From contig NC_089430.1 of the NCBI RefSeq assembly GCF_026210795.1, positions 2,170,001 through 2,234,000 of the forward strand: a stretch of DNA of 64,000 nt. Direction: 5' to 3'. A program made the position numbers and the translations under genes. A model generated the notes under the pieces. The model worked only from the letters and a program-made list of their open reading frames with translations, searched no databases and had not been told where the DNA came from. Positions 25,176 to 40,078 of the stretch are shown in pieces (position 1 is the first letter of the stretch; each line of letters starts with the position of its first letter). Source of the DNA: Rhizophagus irregularis (Eukaryota).

Positions 25176-28100
25176 AGCCTTCGTAAACAATTAATTTTCA
25201 CAGAATTAAATCCTTTAATATTCGATGCAGGTTTTATCTTAAAATCCATTTTTCATTCCAGTCCTCCAAAAAAAAAAAAATTCCTAGATCTCCTGTTCAA
25301 TAACAGATAATCTTTTAATTTTTTTTCAAGAGAAAGAACTTTCCGAGTCCGTAATATATTTTGATATGAAAACAGTAAAAAAATAAGAAAAATTATTCTT
25401 GGCTATTAGTAGTTAACTAGATAATTCTATTGTAAGTAAATATATACATTTGATCATTCACATGTAACCAATCTCGAACCCCTTTCAGTACAGTCTGTGA
25501 TAAACTTGCTTTTTTTGCCAGTCAAAATTTGTCACAAATTAAGCATTAAGAAAATTTGTAAATATGAATTTGTCTTTATTGGATAATATTTGTCATCAAT
25601 TTTTACTAGTATTTTATGAAGAAAGCAATGTGTGATTAGAATGAAAATTTTTTTTTTTCATTTGAAAGTTTGAACTATTTAAACCAAAAATAATACTTCT
25701 GAATCTATTTTGTCTTAGCAAAAAATATATTCTCTTGACCAACTAGACTATTTATTAAAGAATCAGAAATATACAATGGAATTTTTGTTTCAATATCTTT
25801 GATTGTATTAATAGGAGTAATTTTCCATTTTAGAAACAACATTACATATCAACTTTATGAGTTAAAAGCTCACTGAGAAATATTTAAGAAAACGTTGAAG
25901 ATTCTAGAGAGCTCATTAACAATTGAGATTGAATCCAAACAGATGATAAACATGTAAACTCAGCTGATGATTCATTCTTTTGGCAGAAAAATTTTTAGAA
26001 ATATTTTCAATTACAGATGTTATATATGGTTTCTTCAAGAATTCTTGCAAAGACCACTTTGAATGTCAGGACACTAAAACCTGTATTTTGCTGCCCAAGT
26101 AATCTTTAAAACATTTCCTAAAAATAAAAGAAAAAATGTTAGAGATCAGATATCATTATTTAGTTATTAGCCTTTTCTAAGCAAATTGTGAAATAAAAGT
26201 GTTTGGTATCCAAATGTCACAAGTGTTTTTAAATAAAAAGAAAAATTGATAATTATAATTCTTTTCGTTGCATGAGTAAAATCTGCGAAAAAAGGAATTT
26301 GTAAATAGATAAAGGTTCTTGAACCAAAACAAACCTAATTCAGATAATCAAGAATGTGTCCAGGTGCTTTGAATATTGAGAAGAAATTGCCATTTGTATT
26401 TCAGGAAAAAGTTATAATTTGCAGGAATATTCTTAGAAAAGCCTAAGAATTACTTAGTATGAAATATCATGTAATTCAGATACTGCTGGAGTGGCAATTC
26501 AGAAATAAGGACATTTACAATATGAGTAAAAAATTTGCTCCACTAAAAAAAATAAAACTTAAAGAAAAAATAAAACAATTAATTAGCTTAACTGAAATTC
26601 AAAATCAAGATTTGTTCTAATTTTTAGCATTTCAAAACTTACTTTATTTTTTTAAAAATAATTTTACAGGATTCTTAATTTTTTAAGAAAAAGGAACGTA
26701 AAAAAGAGATTACCATTTATATTTCTCATATGATATTACTAAATTTTTGCATTCAATTATCAAATTTTTGTACATTGATGATTATAAATTTTTTTTTAAT
26801 TTTTATTATGTAAAAGTTAATACAAAAAAACGTGATTTTGAATTATCTAACTTTTACGATTAAAATTGTGGTAGTTAATAAAATGGTCAGCATTTACAAT
26901 AAAATTTACTGATCAAATATAATTAAATGGTAATTCACAACCTTATTTTTGAAGGTTTTTATTAGGACATTCCAGTTATTAACATCCTCCCCCAATTTTT
27001 GAAATTTCAAAAGGTAATTTAAATACATATGTTCACATATGTTTAAGGTACCTCTCTTTTCTAAAATAAAGTGGTACTGAATATTTTCGATTTACCAAAA
27101 ATTTTCGTTAAATTTTCATGTTTGTTTAAATTATTCTCTCTCCCTCCCCTCAAATTTTTGAGCCAGAAAGGACGTTAAACTAATATTTAGTTTGGAATGG
27201 CCTTATTATTCATTTTTATTATTTATTAAAAAAAGTAAAAAAGACGGTGGGTGAAGAGTAGGTTTTGGTGTTAGGTTTAAGAAACAAACAAAATGTTAAC
27301 GTTAACGTTTATAATAAAATTTGTTTTCCTTCGTTTAGTCATACTTAATACATTTTTTCATTGTTTTAAAATTGACTTTTCCTACTTTAATGCATTGTAC
27401 CCCTTTAACTACCAACTAATCTTTTTAGTGTTTTCAATTACTGTAATAATCAATATTTTAATTTTATCAAAAATTTCCTTTATAAAAAGATTAGTATTAT
27501 TTATTTTATGGGAGTTGGTAATAATAGGGGTTCTTTTCCCTTCTCCCCTGGAGCGTGTCACTCATTAGATATTAACTATTTCAAAAACTATTCTAGCAAT
27601 TTCCGGCTATCTATATGAGGCCGGGAAATAAACGAAGATTCCCGGTCATTTATAAACTCAGCTAATCACTCGCAGTTTGTATGAAGGTGATCATGAGTGA
27701 CACTAGAGGATTACTTTATTTATTCTTTTAGTTAAGTAAATTTCTCTGGAGATCTGGTTAATTAATAAAGATCTGATTAAATCCCGGGTTGACTCTTTTT
27801 GTAGAAATAAATGTGTATTGACAAAATAATTGTCACAGTGAGTCATAATTAGTAATTGAATTTATACGTTAAATTCCGAGATTTTTTTTTTATTTAATAC
27901 AAACTTTGCTTAAGTACTTTTTTTTGTTTTTTTTAAAAAAAAAATAATGTCTTATAAGAGTAAGGGTCACAGAGTCATTAGTCTTCTACTAAAATGTGTT
28001 CTATTAACTAACTTTTAACTTTTTATTTAAAGCTACTACGTGCTCATCTTTAAATTGTGGCTATTCAAAATCATGCAAAAGATGTAAAACATGCGAAAGA

Positions 28101-29834
28101 CATTGTACTTGTGGTCAATGTAAGTAAAAGTTTTTTTATTCTCATAATGACTCAATGACTCTGTGACTCTGTGACAAAAAATAAGCGTAATACAAATTTT
28201 ACCAAGTAAGTTAATACTCTATATTTTATTATTATAAACACTATACCTATATATACAATAAACATGCTTTATATTCATAACGATAAAATTATAAAATTTA
28301 AAACATATAATGCAAACTATAATGCGTTATTAGAAAAATCTCATTCTCTTGTAAAATGTTCGTATAGCCCAGTACCCTTCTTTGCTAAGTAAAAGTTGGT
28401 CTATGACTTATAGAAAAGAAATAGAATTAGATACCGATTAGCATTGATAATGATAATAACAGCAGTACTAGAATGGCTGTCACAACACTCAGACCCAGGA
28501 CCGCATATTTAAATGGCGTTATGAAGTATATAGAAGTTAGGAAATAGTTGATTCCTCTGGGTACTTAGATACTTCTCCATTGCAATATCCACTCAGCTTC
28601 AGTTCTATCAACTTCTGATATTCAGGGGTTATCTTAGTTTTCAATTTGCTGAACATATTGCTTTGTACACCAACTTAAATTTAAAAATTAATTCAAAGCA
28701 TTTTAGGATGACATCAAACATTATGATTACATGATGTTCAACAACCACAATGAAGTTATAGAAAATTTAATAAACACACTACTTTAATTTTACACTTTAT
28801 TAAAATTTCTTTGAAAAAAAAAAAACGAATAAGTAAAAATATTAATAAAGTTATAAAGAATAACACTACAATAACAGTCATCAGTTATAAATTAGCTTCT
28901 TATTCGATTTTAACTAAACAAGTACGCTCCGGACAATGATGTCATGTGACATGATCACGTGATAAATAAGGTGATTCACTGATTCCCGCATGTGACATCC
29001 TAATCATAACACCCTTAATCATCTATTATCGCTCCCCTGTTGACTGCGCGTTTTTTTTAATAATAAATTTTTAATTAGTTATGTAAATTATTTTCTTAAT
29101 ATTATTAGTATATTATAAGTTATAAAATTTAAAAATATGCTAAAAAAATTATTTTTTAATAAAAGTATTTGTAAAAAAAAATTATTTTTTGTTAAAACAT
29201 AATAATTTAATAGTAATTTCATATAGGGTTTAAATTTTATACGCAGGTGCGTTGTAACGCACCCTTTATAATATATCATATATAAAGTTATAAAGTTTTA
29301 ATCCTAATTTAAGAGAGAAGATGAAAACATTAATGATTGTATTTAAACATGAAAAAATGTTCATAATTATATTCTGACAATAGCGATGTCACGAAAATGA
29401 TGGAATTGCAATAAATATCAAGAATTTATAGTTTTTCCTACAGTACAACTGTACAAGTGAATGATTTTAAACTCAATAAACTCCTACATTACAGAGAACA
29501 ATTATTATACAGTCAAGCCAAAGAACCTATTGTCCATAGTCAACGTCTAGTTGTGTCACAATACGAAAATATAAATATAAATGGAATGATGTGGCATCAT
29601 ACCATTAACAAGTAAAATCATGAAAATCATATGATAGCCTTATAATAATCAAGTTTAAACATATTGTATATACATACATAAAAGCATGTTCCATAAAAGT
29701 CTGTTTCACAAAAAATAATTTAATATATATATTACTAATTCTTATAAATAATGACCGTATATCAGTATTTTTCTTTTATTCTTCTTTTATTTTGAAATTA
29801 TATTATTTTTGAGAATATTAATTAAACTTTACGA

Positions 29835-30479
29835 ATGGGAACAAGCGGTCTTACAATTGTTCGTGAACGTAAAGCTAAAAGAGGAAATAAAACAAGTGCT
29901 TTAGGTGGTCCGTCTGAAAGTCAATACTTTTATGAATATTATGTTTGTATTTATCAATGGTATGATGGTTAAGTTGAAAAGTTTGGTTTAGGTACATGGT
30001 TGGTTGATTTTCTATGCAAGTTCAAAGACAACTTAAAAAATAATCCGGCATCATATCTTAATACTGGTTCTCTTGGAGCTAAATTAATTAAAGAATTTAT
30101 GGCAAGTATACCTATTGCACGCATCATTCCTATCGTGTCTTTAAAGGAATTATTCACAATGGCACCTAATTATACAAATATAATTACCACTACATTAGAT
30201 TCAAAATTTGATAATTCCATCATGTTGAGCGTGTTATATTACGATAAAATTATTCTAACAGCAAAACCAGAAAAATTTTTGGGAAAGTATGAGTACTATT
30301 ATAGACAAATTGATAACTTAGATAAGAAATCACTTACGGAGATTGATTATGGAGATGAGGTGGTGAACGAAGGGTATTTTTCAGAGGATCAACTTTTTAA
30401 CAAATTTTTGAATGATATACCTCTTACTATTATGATAAATGGAAAGACCATTACCGGGAGTAAATCAAGTCTAAGTTAG
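29835..30479 (+). pseudogene. Intronless gene of unknown function, about 214 codons, with one in-frame TAA at 29970-29972
   Basis: ATG at 29835 (MGTSGLTIVRE...YVCIYQWYDG*VEKFGLGTWLVDFL) is in frame with the 30000-30479 ORF. Confidence 0.65.
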
Positions 30480-32319
30480 TTGGTCAAAAATTCTGGTAGC
30501 ACTTAAGATACATCCGGGATAGTACTTTGGATTTTGACAAATTATTCAGCAATCATTGATAACTAATATAAATGGAAGTGAATGTATATCTTAGTTATTT
30601 TTATAAATATCTCTTTTACGGAGCTAGTACAATTCTTAATGTTTATTTCTAACATATTTGAAAATAGTTACAAATTTTTCATCTTAAAGCTCTATATTAA
30701 ATTTCAGTAATGATTCTTTTACTAATAAAAAAGATATTTTTTTGTGAATGATTTATAACAATTTCCAATACTTTTAACTACATCAATAATTACTCAATAT
30801 AAATGTAAATACACTAACGGCTTTTAATCAGACTTATATAAATACTTTGGTATTTGTCAATGGTCCATCGATTATACATTACATTGATCAATGATTCTTA
30901 AAATTTTCAATTTTATTCTCAAATATTTCATTCAAATTATCCTTGATATTAATATTTATTGTCAAATCAAAGTATGCTCCTTTAGATAATACTACTGTGT
31001 TATAACTGGTATTAATGATAAGTTTAAATTGCTTCTGAAAAATCATCAATTTTTCTTAATGTAAAATTCAAAAGCTATTATTATAAATATATGTTTATTA
31101 TTCATAATATTGGTCGTAAGAACTCTTAAATATTGATAGCCATTGATTATTGATTATCTAAATCCATTATATTTAATAATTTATACATTATCTATGGTAT
31201 GTATATGATGAAATGTCGGTGATATATTATATCTAATAGTGACGTAATTTATACATAAAAATATTCCCAAAATGAATTTGTATAAAATACTTTACGGATC
31301 ATAACTGTCGATCACTTTATAATTTAATATCCTATTTGTTTTGCCAAATATGGGGTAATCGTAGTGGTCATATGAGTTTTATTGTCAGTGACATCTTTTC
31401 AATTGTAAATATTATTTTATCCTTTATTGAGAATCTAGAATAAAATTAATAAAAAATACAACCGCTAATGTTTTTTATTATGATTTTCACACCTTATTTT
31501 TACATTTCATTATTATTTCACGAAAAATCTTTTGTTAATTGCAAAACTTTTAATAGTTTTACCTTTTGTATATATTAAAACATGATGAATCATGAGACTA
31601 GGTGCCGCTGTAACTGCAGTGAAGCTTCTATGTTACACTCACTTTGTTGACACTAACTCTAATTACTTTTTTTCAAAAAAAGGTAAAGACGGATTTTCAC
31701 GGAATTTTTGGTTTACACCACAATGCTTATGGGATACTAATTTCGGCCCAGGTTCCCATTGGATCTGACGTGAAATTACATATAATGACTGCAGAAGACA
31801 TGGTCCGGATGATTATAAATCAAAAAAATTCCAGATGTTAATCAATCGGACCCAGTTCACCAATGGAAGTATACATGGTTACCACATGTGAATTAAAATT
31901 TCAAATATGATTCAAAATTTACAAATTGATGATCTTTTGATGAAAAGAAGTTCTAAAAGAAAAAAGAAAATTAATTAAATTAAGTCTTTGGAAATTAGTA
32001 TAAATATAATGATATAAAAAATTTCCAAAGAATTCGTTAAGAATTTATTTTCTTTAAATATAGATTTTACAAAATATCTATCATCTTTTATTTATTTTAA
32101 AAAATTAATTACTTATATAAATTATTTCTTAATGTTTTGATATAGACTACTACATAGATTTTATTCTAACAACTATTTTTAGCTATTGATAGACATATAA
32201 CAGATTAATAATATCACAATTCAGACCTTATATTTCTCATAGATTTTTAAAGAATATTTAACCTTCCTTATATATTAATAAATAAATGACAACCTTATGT
32301 TTTAACACTATCCCACGAC

Positions 32320-32760
32320 TCACAAAACCATACTATCTTGGTCTATAAATTCATTAAAAATTTCTGCGTATTCTTCATCATTGACATCACCACCATCATC
32401 ATATTCCTATTTGAGACAATTTGTCTCGTTGCTAATCTTTCCATTACCATACCAGCCATTAATGATTTTGGTTCGATAATAATTGTGAATTGAACGTTGA
32501 CTTTATCGAATCAAAATTCGACTTATTAAGTAATGTCATATCTCTTTCAATCATACTCATTAATTTTTTTTCATTGTGTAATTTAAATCATGGAATTTTT
32601 TCTTCATCCTTCATTTTGGCCCATACTCGTGATGCTAATTCCATTGCTAGGGTGCGTACGATTCTTTTTGTTTCACAATGAACATCATAATATGCCTCTG
32701 AAAAACACAAAAAAGCATTTTGTGACATTCTTCTAACAGTCATTTTTAATCTCTTTAAAA
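32320..32760 (-). pseudogene. HMG-box (MATA-HMG-like) pseudogene
   Basis: The minus strand reads [16 protein letters not shown]...[20 protein letters not shown]. This is an HMG-box pattern with TGA at 32588-32590 where an aromatic residue (probably TGG) is expected. Confidence 0.7.
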
Positions 32761-33639
32761 TAATGCTGCGTCAAAAAAAATAATGTTTAATTATTAATCC
32801 TGTAGTTCTTGTAGTTAATTTTTTTTTTAATAAAAATTTCTGAATGATTATCGTTCGAAACTTACTTGCTTTTATAATTCATTTCTCCAAGTACTCTCAT
32901 TTAAAATATTTCCAAAAGAACATAAAAAAATAAAAATTATTCTCTCCTTGAAACGCATTAGAACTGAAAAGATTCTTTCTTTTCTTCTTTTCGAAAAGCA
33001 CTAAGAACCGCAAAAAGGATCATTTTTTTTAATTTTGAAACACATTCAATGCCATAAATTCTTTCAAAAAAAAACACGGAGTTTAAGATACTTGCATGCT
33101 TACATCAAATGACGTTAAATAAATTAATTATCGGAATTTTATCTAGTAAATGACAGATAAGAAGAACAAAATAACTTTTGTAAGCGTTTTTTATTTGCAC
33201 GTGAATCATTTTTATTGTTCATTTGTTTAGCTAAAAAAGATAGATTAATACATTCTTTTTATCTTACAACGATAATTATTTACTTATTCATTTTTTTTTA
33301 TTTTATTTGTTATTGTTATTATTTGATTTCATGACATCTGTAATAATTGGAAGAATTTATATAAATTTGACTTGCCCATCATTGCCTTATCTAAAATTAT
33401 CTGTGGCGGATGTGGCTTGCTTACTTCTATACATAAGTTACTCGGATCTTGGGTGTGGCTGGAATATAAACCGATTCAATATTTTAATCCGGACACTCGG
33501 ATTAAAGCCGCACTTTTCATATGGAATTTATGCAAGTAATCATTATCTTAGATTATCTGATATGTACATTAAGTCAATGAGTCATGACTACTCATATTAC
33601 ATAAATATACTCCCAAAAAACTATACAAGTACCTTACCT

Positions 33640-34200
33640 CCTGCAATATTTTTTTTACAATATTTATTTTACGCAATATTTTTTACTTTTTTTTCGCAAT
33701 ATTCTTTCTACATTATTTTTGCTTTTTTTCGCAATATTTTTTTACAATATTTATTTTGCGCGACATTTTACTTTTTTTAAAATATTTTTTTACAATAATT
33801 TTTTTTTTACTTTTTTTTACTTTTTTTGCAATATTTTACGCGATATTTTTTCTTTTTTTTACTTTTTTTTCGCAATATTTTTTCTACATTATTTTTACTT
33901 TTTTTCGCAATATTTTTTTACAATATTTATTTTGCGCGATATTTTACTTTTTTTACAATATTTTTTTACAATAATTTTTTTTTTACTTTTTTTACTTTTT
34001 TTTGCAATATTTTACGCGATATTTTTTCTTTTTTTTTTACACTTTTTTTGCAATATTTTACACGATATTTTTACTTTTTTTATTTTTTTTGCAATATTTT
34101 ACGCGATATTTTTACTTCTTTTACAATATTTTTTTACTTTTTTTTTTGCTTTTTTTGCAATATTTTACAATATTTTCGCAATTTATTTTTTTACAATATT
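33640..34200. repeat. T-rich degenerate tandem repeat (TTTTGCAATATTTTACGCGATATTTT-like)
   Basis: Recurrent GCAATATTTT and GCGATATTTT motifs separated by T runs. Confidence 0.85.
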
Positions 34201-35889
34201 TCACTTTGTTTTTATAGGTTTTATATATTATTTACTTTACAACAAAAAAAAGAGAGAAATACTTTCAAGCTGCAGATGCCATTGATGATTTATCATTGAT
34301 ATGTTGTGAGGGTTCGAAAGGCAATATTCAAGTGCTTCTTTTCGGGGCTTAGCTGTACTTGACTAGATGGTGAATTTTAAAATCCCTTTTCAAAATATTT
34401 GGGTTTCAAATTTCAATATTAAAGGTATGTCGAACTGTTTTCGTAAAGCTAAAGAGAGTGGGCTTTGCCTGCGTTACCCTCGTTTCTGGTGATATATATA
34501 TATATATGGTGAACAAGTGGATGCAATGATCAAGGAAGTTACGGCAACCTTGTGAGCTGGCAGATCTATCTATGATAACTCTGTTAACTGACGGACCTGG
34601 CTGAGATACGAATAAGATCTTCTCAGTGTCTAGGAGAGATGTCAGTGAAAGGATGCAATAACCTAAAGCTGTGTTTTTGTAAGTTCTTTCAAACAGATAC
34701 TTGTAGCTTACTGCTACTTGATACTTTAGAAGGATACTGCCTCACGTCACCTACCAGATGGCGGGACGAAATTCTTAAGTAGAGTACTTAGCGAAAGCTA
34801 ACCATCCCTTTAATTTATAGATGTCATGCAAGAAATTTGTAAGAACAACATTTAGTTATAACGAAGAGTCGGATACCAAGCCAACCCAATCATTCATATT
34901 TTTTGGTTCAATAGTACAGTACCTTTCTTTATTTAGATCAACTGCATATTTTGCGGAGTCTATGAACATCTACTCCGATGTAGGATTTATTTATAAAACA
35001 TTTCTTTTTTCAGATTATAATAAGAGGTATTTTTATGACTTAATTTTAAATAAAATGACGTATTTACTGTGTCAAATTTGAAATAATCAATTAGAAACAT
35101 AAAAATATGGTTATTATTTACCTCGTGAAAGAAGTGAAATAATAAGTTGAAGTTAATGTTGAATTCTTATTTATTTTCTTCTCTAACAAATTATGTAACG
35201 CAATAAGTTGTTGATTTTTTTTTATCTCAAACATATTTTATGGCAAATTTACAAAAAAAAATTTTGAATGTTGAATTCCAAATCTCATCTCAGGAGAACC
35301 TGCAATAATAGCTGAAAAGTTATGAATTTTAATATCGGTTTATTTAAAAAACTAATTCATAAAATATTACAAAATGAAAAGATCCGATAAAATTGAAAAT
35401 GCAACAATTCTAAGTAATCAACGCATTTTATTATTAATAACAATAAAATACTTAGAGGTATCAAAAAATTCCAATAACCCTATAACTAACCATACCAGTC
35501 TATCAAAAAAAGCATAACTAAGCAATAAAACTTGAATTCTACAGTAATTGTAAATTCTGAATTATTGTTCATCCAGTTACTAATCTTAAACTAACTATTT
35601 ATCGTTATATTATTATAATTTCTTTGATTTTTAATATTTTCATCTGTGTTTGTATTTTAACTATTTCTAAACAACGTAAAGACAATACAAAATAAAATTC
35701 TCTTAGAATTAAAACAATTAAACTATCAAAATACATTGTGAATATTAAAAAGTAATACATTGAAAAAATAAAGTCCAATTAATTTCCGTCTAACGGAACG
35801 TATTCGAATACTAGCCAAAAGTTCTTCACTTGACTAAATTGATGACCTTACTTTCAATTTTGTTTACTCAATTGAACTTTTATTTGCTA

Positions 35890-36780
35890 TCAGAGTCGTC
35901 CCTTCTTCCCTGAATTGTCACTACGTGCTTTTTGTTTTTGTTCAATTTTCACTTTCAGAATCCACAACTTTTTCTTTTGCCTTATCTTTATTATTTTTCC
36001 ACTAATTACACTAATTACTAAATTCAGAGTTTAATTGATTATATTTTTAAATCACTTCTTTACTTCTTGGAATCGTTGAAACAGCAGGACTCGTTATTCA
36101 TTAACGCTTCTACGAATCGTTCATCCTCCGATGAAGGATGTGCGTTGTTGTTGTGTGCTGTGTCTTTCGGTATCTCATCTTCTTGAAACTTCCATTTTTT
36201 TTTATAAGTTCGTTTTGGTCTTTTATCTGCAGCCAATTATCTAAAACTTCGTTCATTGTTGAATCATAAGTGATCTTGAATAATTCTTGTTCATTATTAT
36301 TAAATACATTAAAATATATTTCATTTTGTTAATTTTAATGATTTTAGCGAAGTGGCCTCCGTATTTTCTTATGTAGTCTTTAATAATTGTATATTCTTCT
36401 TTTGTTTTCTTGATCGTTCAGCTTCGTAACCGCTTGATAACTATACTATCTTTTCTTTATGTCACTTGAAGAAATCTTTGCGTCAAACATCCTAAAAAAA
36501 TATAAACGTTCATTTCTCGAAATTGTTATATTGGATCCACCTTTTATGAAAATTACTTCCATATCACTTGTTAGACGGATTCTGGTCTGAACAGTCTTAT
36601 ATTTGTAATTGCGTTTGACTGTTAGATGTTCTGCGTAACCCACTTGTTTTTCATAGATTTCGTCATCTTTCCAATATGCCGGAAAATCATAGAATCTTAA
36701 GTCACGTGAAATATCGGCAAAATTTTTTTCCAAATAGTTAACATCGGTAGATTGGTATTTCACACGAAATAATCTTACAC
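35890..36780 (-). mobile_element. Decayed coding fragment, possibly ORF1 of a non-LTR retrotransposon
   Basis: ORF with LRFYDFPAYWKDDEIY...TVKRNYKYKTV, an RRM-like pattern, followed by broken frames. The assignment is from recollection only. Confidence 0.35.
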
Positions 36781-38574
36781 TACTTTTTCATTTGATCTGT
36801 TCTCTTTTATGCTCTTCTTTTTCACATAAATTATTTTTCTTTTTTTTTATATTAAATATTTTTTAATACCATTAATTTCATAATAATGTATATGAGAACA
36901 ATAAAAAAAAACTTTATCAAAAATATTTAACACTTGTAATAGGTAAGTTTATTCTGGTTTCTTTGAGTTTTAAATTAAATCTATTATATATTGTTTGAGA
37001 TTTCTTTCAACTAAAGTTTATGATTTTACTAACATGTACATATTTTTTTGATTAAATTGGTTTTGATTGGTAAGTTGAAAAATAAATTGCTTGAATATTC
37101 AATTTATATTAATAAAATTTCAATGAAAATTTTGTGAATCTCTTTTCGAAAGAATAAATGTAAATATAATAAATAATTCTTTAACCAGTTGTTAAATACT
37201 TGATAAATATTTCTAATAGCTTGGTTTAATTTATTTTTTACATCATTTTTTTTTGTCATAAAAATTCCAAAATAAATGTTTCATACTTTATATTTCATTG
37301 TGAAATGTATATACAATAAAAAAATTAATTTAAGAATTAATATAGATGTTACGCGATAAAAATGTTATGTGCGTGGTGTGAAAGATCTTGAAAATTTTTA
37401 AGATAAATGTTACATGTGAATATGGAATATCGTGAATAATTTTCAGTGGCTGATTAAACCAATCATATTTATTAAGAAGGTCTAGGATAAGAAGCCTGGA
37501 CTCCGAGGACCGAGGGTCTAGAATAAGAGTCCTGAACCAGGGGTCTAGGATAAGGACGCACTTTTTTTAAACTGGAATTATGAGCATCATTTCTACTATA
37601 TACGATTAATCCGGATTTATCTGTGACGGATGATGCATCCAGAAAATTATCCAAATTATTAGTTATCTAGGTTCGATTCGGATACAAGAATTATCAGGAT
37701 GGACGGATTTTCGAATCGCATTATAAGGAAAGTTATTTATATGAAAAGAAAATGAATAATTATGTTATAGACAAATGTTAAGAAGACTAAAGAAAAGTTA
37801 ATTAAAGCTTAAAAACGCTTGTTTTTCCGGAGTTACTATTATTGGAACCTCCGAAAAATATCACTCATTAATGATATATCCTATAAAAAAATGCTGATCC
37901 GTGTTTTATCGTTTCATGTTTTTTCCGTGAATGTATCATGGAATTTTTACGATATATTCGAATAAAATTTTTTTGCCTAAATCATTTTTTTTTTCCACAA
38001 AATAACGATATACCGTATTAAAATATCAATTTACCGAAAAACTTATATATTATAATCGGTCAAAAGTCAAAAGTCAAATATGCGTATATGAGGGTTGTAC
38101 ACGTATAAATATTTGATTTATTATTATTATTAATATTATTATTGCAACGAATCGAGGCTTATTTTTATACTAAATATAGAGAACTCCGCGTACAGCACTT
38201 AAACTTTAAATCATCAAAATCGTTAGAATAAGGTTCGTGATCCTGAAAATTACAGACAGGTTAAACTATATTTTGATTTGGAATTAAAATATAATATAAT
38301 AAATAATTACTATGCCACTCTTTTTAATAAATAATTAGGTAGATATTGTATCTATCGTATCGCATTCGAATAATTTCTCTTTTTTTTGAATTCTGTTCAA
38401 TTTATTACAATGTTTTTTTTTTGTGAATATATCATGGATATAAAATATTAGGGATGACACAATAATTATGTAATTATGTAATAAGGCACGTAATTTCATT
38501 TGATCGACTATTTAAATATATTATGTACCAATCAACTTTACAAATTTACCTTTTCCTCTTTACTTAATGAAATA

Positions 38575-38833
38575 TTAACAAAAATTAAATAAAGATATCC
38601 TTTATTTGATATTTGAACAATTACAAAATGATAAAAATACACTTTATTTATGCCTAACAGCTAATAAAATTTGGTGTGAAATTATTGTTCTAATTCTATG
38701 GAAAAATCCTTGGAAATATTTAAACGATGGAAAAGAAAATCGGTATAATACAGTAAAACGCAAAATTTCATTTAATCAAATCTTGAAAATTTTTTTATTA
38801 CTGAACAAAATGTATTCAGTTTTGAGTTTTTGA
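38575..38833 (+). pseudogene. Truncated F-box-like gene
   Basis: KLNKDILYLIFEQLQNDKNTLYLCLTANKIWCEIIVLILWKNPW is the F-box-like N-terminus typical of an expanded Glomeromycotina family. There is no ATG and no downstream body. Confidence 0.7.
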
Positions 38834-39135
38834 TTTTTACACACTCGCGCAAAATGCAAGGTGTATTTTTTTTACAATATGGTAATTTGAGTGAAATTTT
38901 ATTCGTGAGAGTTATCGTTATTTATTTTGTTTCGTAAAATGAAAAATTCGAAAGCTAATTTACTTTTGTAGCATACTATTTATACAGTTAAAGTTTTATT
39001 CTTATTTGCGGAATCTTGATCCGACATTCATATGAACGTTAGCTAAAAAAAATATTTTTTTCTATGTGATGCTTATCTTTCAAGTATCTTTTTTAAAAAA
39101 GATTATTATGATAATTTATAATTTAATTTTATTTA

Positions 39136-40078
39136 TTATACAGCATAGTTAATCCTAGTTATTAACTGGTCTAATGTTAAGTAATTTTCTTCTACACATC
39201 TAGAACTAATTCTTTCCATCCATTTTTCCTTCTCCAAACCATGTAAAAAGCTTATCATATTATCACTGCTATCAAGTTCATGTAAACACTTATTCATTAA
39301 ATTTTCATAAGCTTTACTCAGATCTTTATTTATTTTAATTTCCTTATTGATGAAATTGAAGATGACATCCGATCCCAGATTCTATCACATGCTAAGACTA
39401 AGAAATCAGTATCTGTATCAACTTTATGGGACATAAACATCAGGGTAAGCAATAAAGACTTGTTCTTTTGGTCCTTTACCAGGATTATTCTTACACGCTT
39501 TAAAGTCACCAAAAGCACGGGATACATTATAATCTTCGTATCTTCTATCTTTCTTTGAGATTCTCTATCAAGGTTAGGTTTATGATCAACAGATAAGGGT
39601 ATTGCTAAACCGCCAACGCTCATAACAGCACGTGAATCTCTAGCATTTCCAACATAGACAAATTTTATTTGAAGTTATCACAGTTGCTACTGCAGTACTA
39701 CCATCATCGTACTTGAAAGGGTCATTTTTATCAGGCACAAATTTGAACTCTCATCTTTCCAAACATTATCTGTTTGCATAAAAGCATCCTTTATAGCTTC
39801 TTCAATATTTTCTTCACCAATTTCGTTAATTTTTTTGAAAATATTAAGATGCAAGTTTTTACTGATATATTCAGAAGTATATTTTCCTTGATGTCCATCA
39901 TAAAGTCCAAAAAACTATAATTAGGAAATTCAGGAATATTACACTCAACAGTATGCATATCTTTCATATTTTTTCGCCAACTTTACATTGTTGAAGTAAC
40001 ATATATTAAGCCATGTTATTGACAGATACCTTCAGTAGTGTTTTTATCTTCAATTGGCTCTGAAAGAAATTCACCCAT
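39136..40078 (-). pseudogene. PP2C (Ptc2/Ptc3-like) phosphatase pseudogene, apparently intronless
   Basis: MGEFLSEP...STM*SWRKNMKDMH...FFGLYDGHQG...VGNARDSRAV...AIPLSVDHKP...DFLVLACDRIWD, with several stops and frameshifts. Confidence 0.85.

Noticed and set aside
33307..34299. Overlapping Phe-rich membrane-protein ORFs
   Set aside because: They are translations of a T-rich degenerate repeat.
34303..34850. Solo LTR (TGTTG...CAACA, GC-richer block)
   Set aside because: There is no target-site duplication or partner LTR. It is probably repeat-derived but cannot be classified.
37478..37560. Three GGTCTAG(G/A)ATAAG repeats and the 60-aa ORF across them
   Set aside because: Too short and irregular to assign a function; probably part of a decayed repeat.
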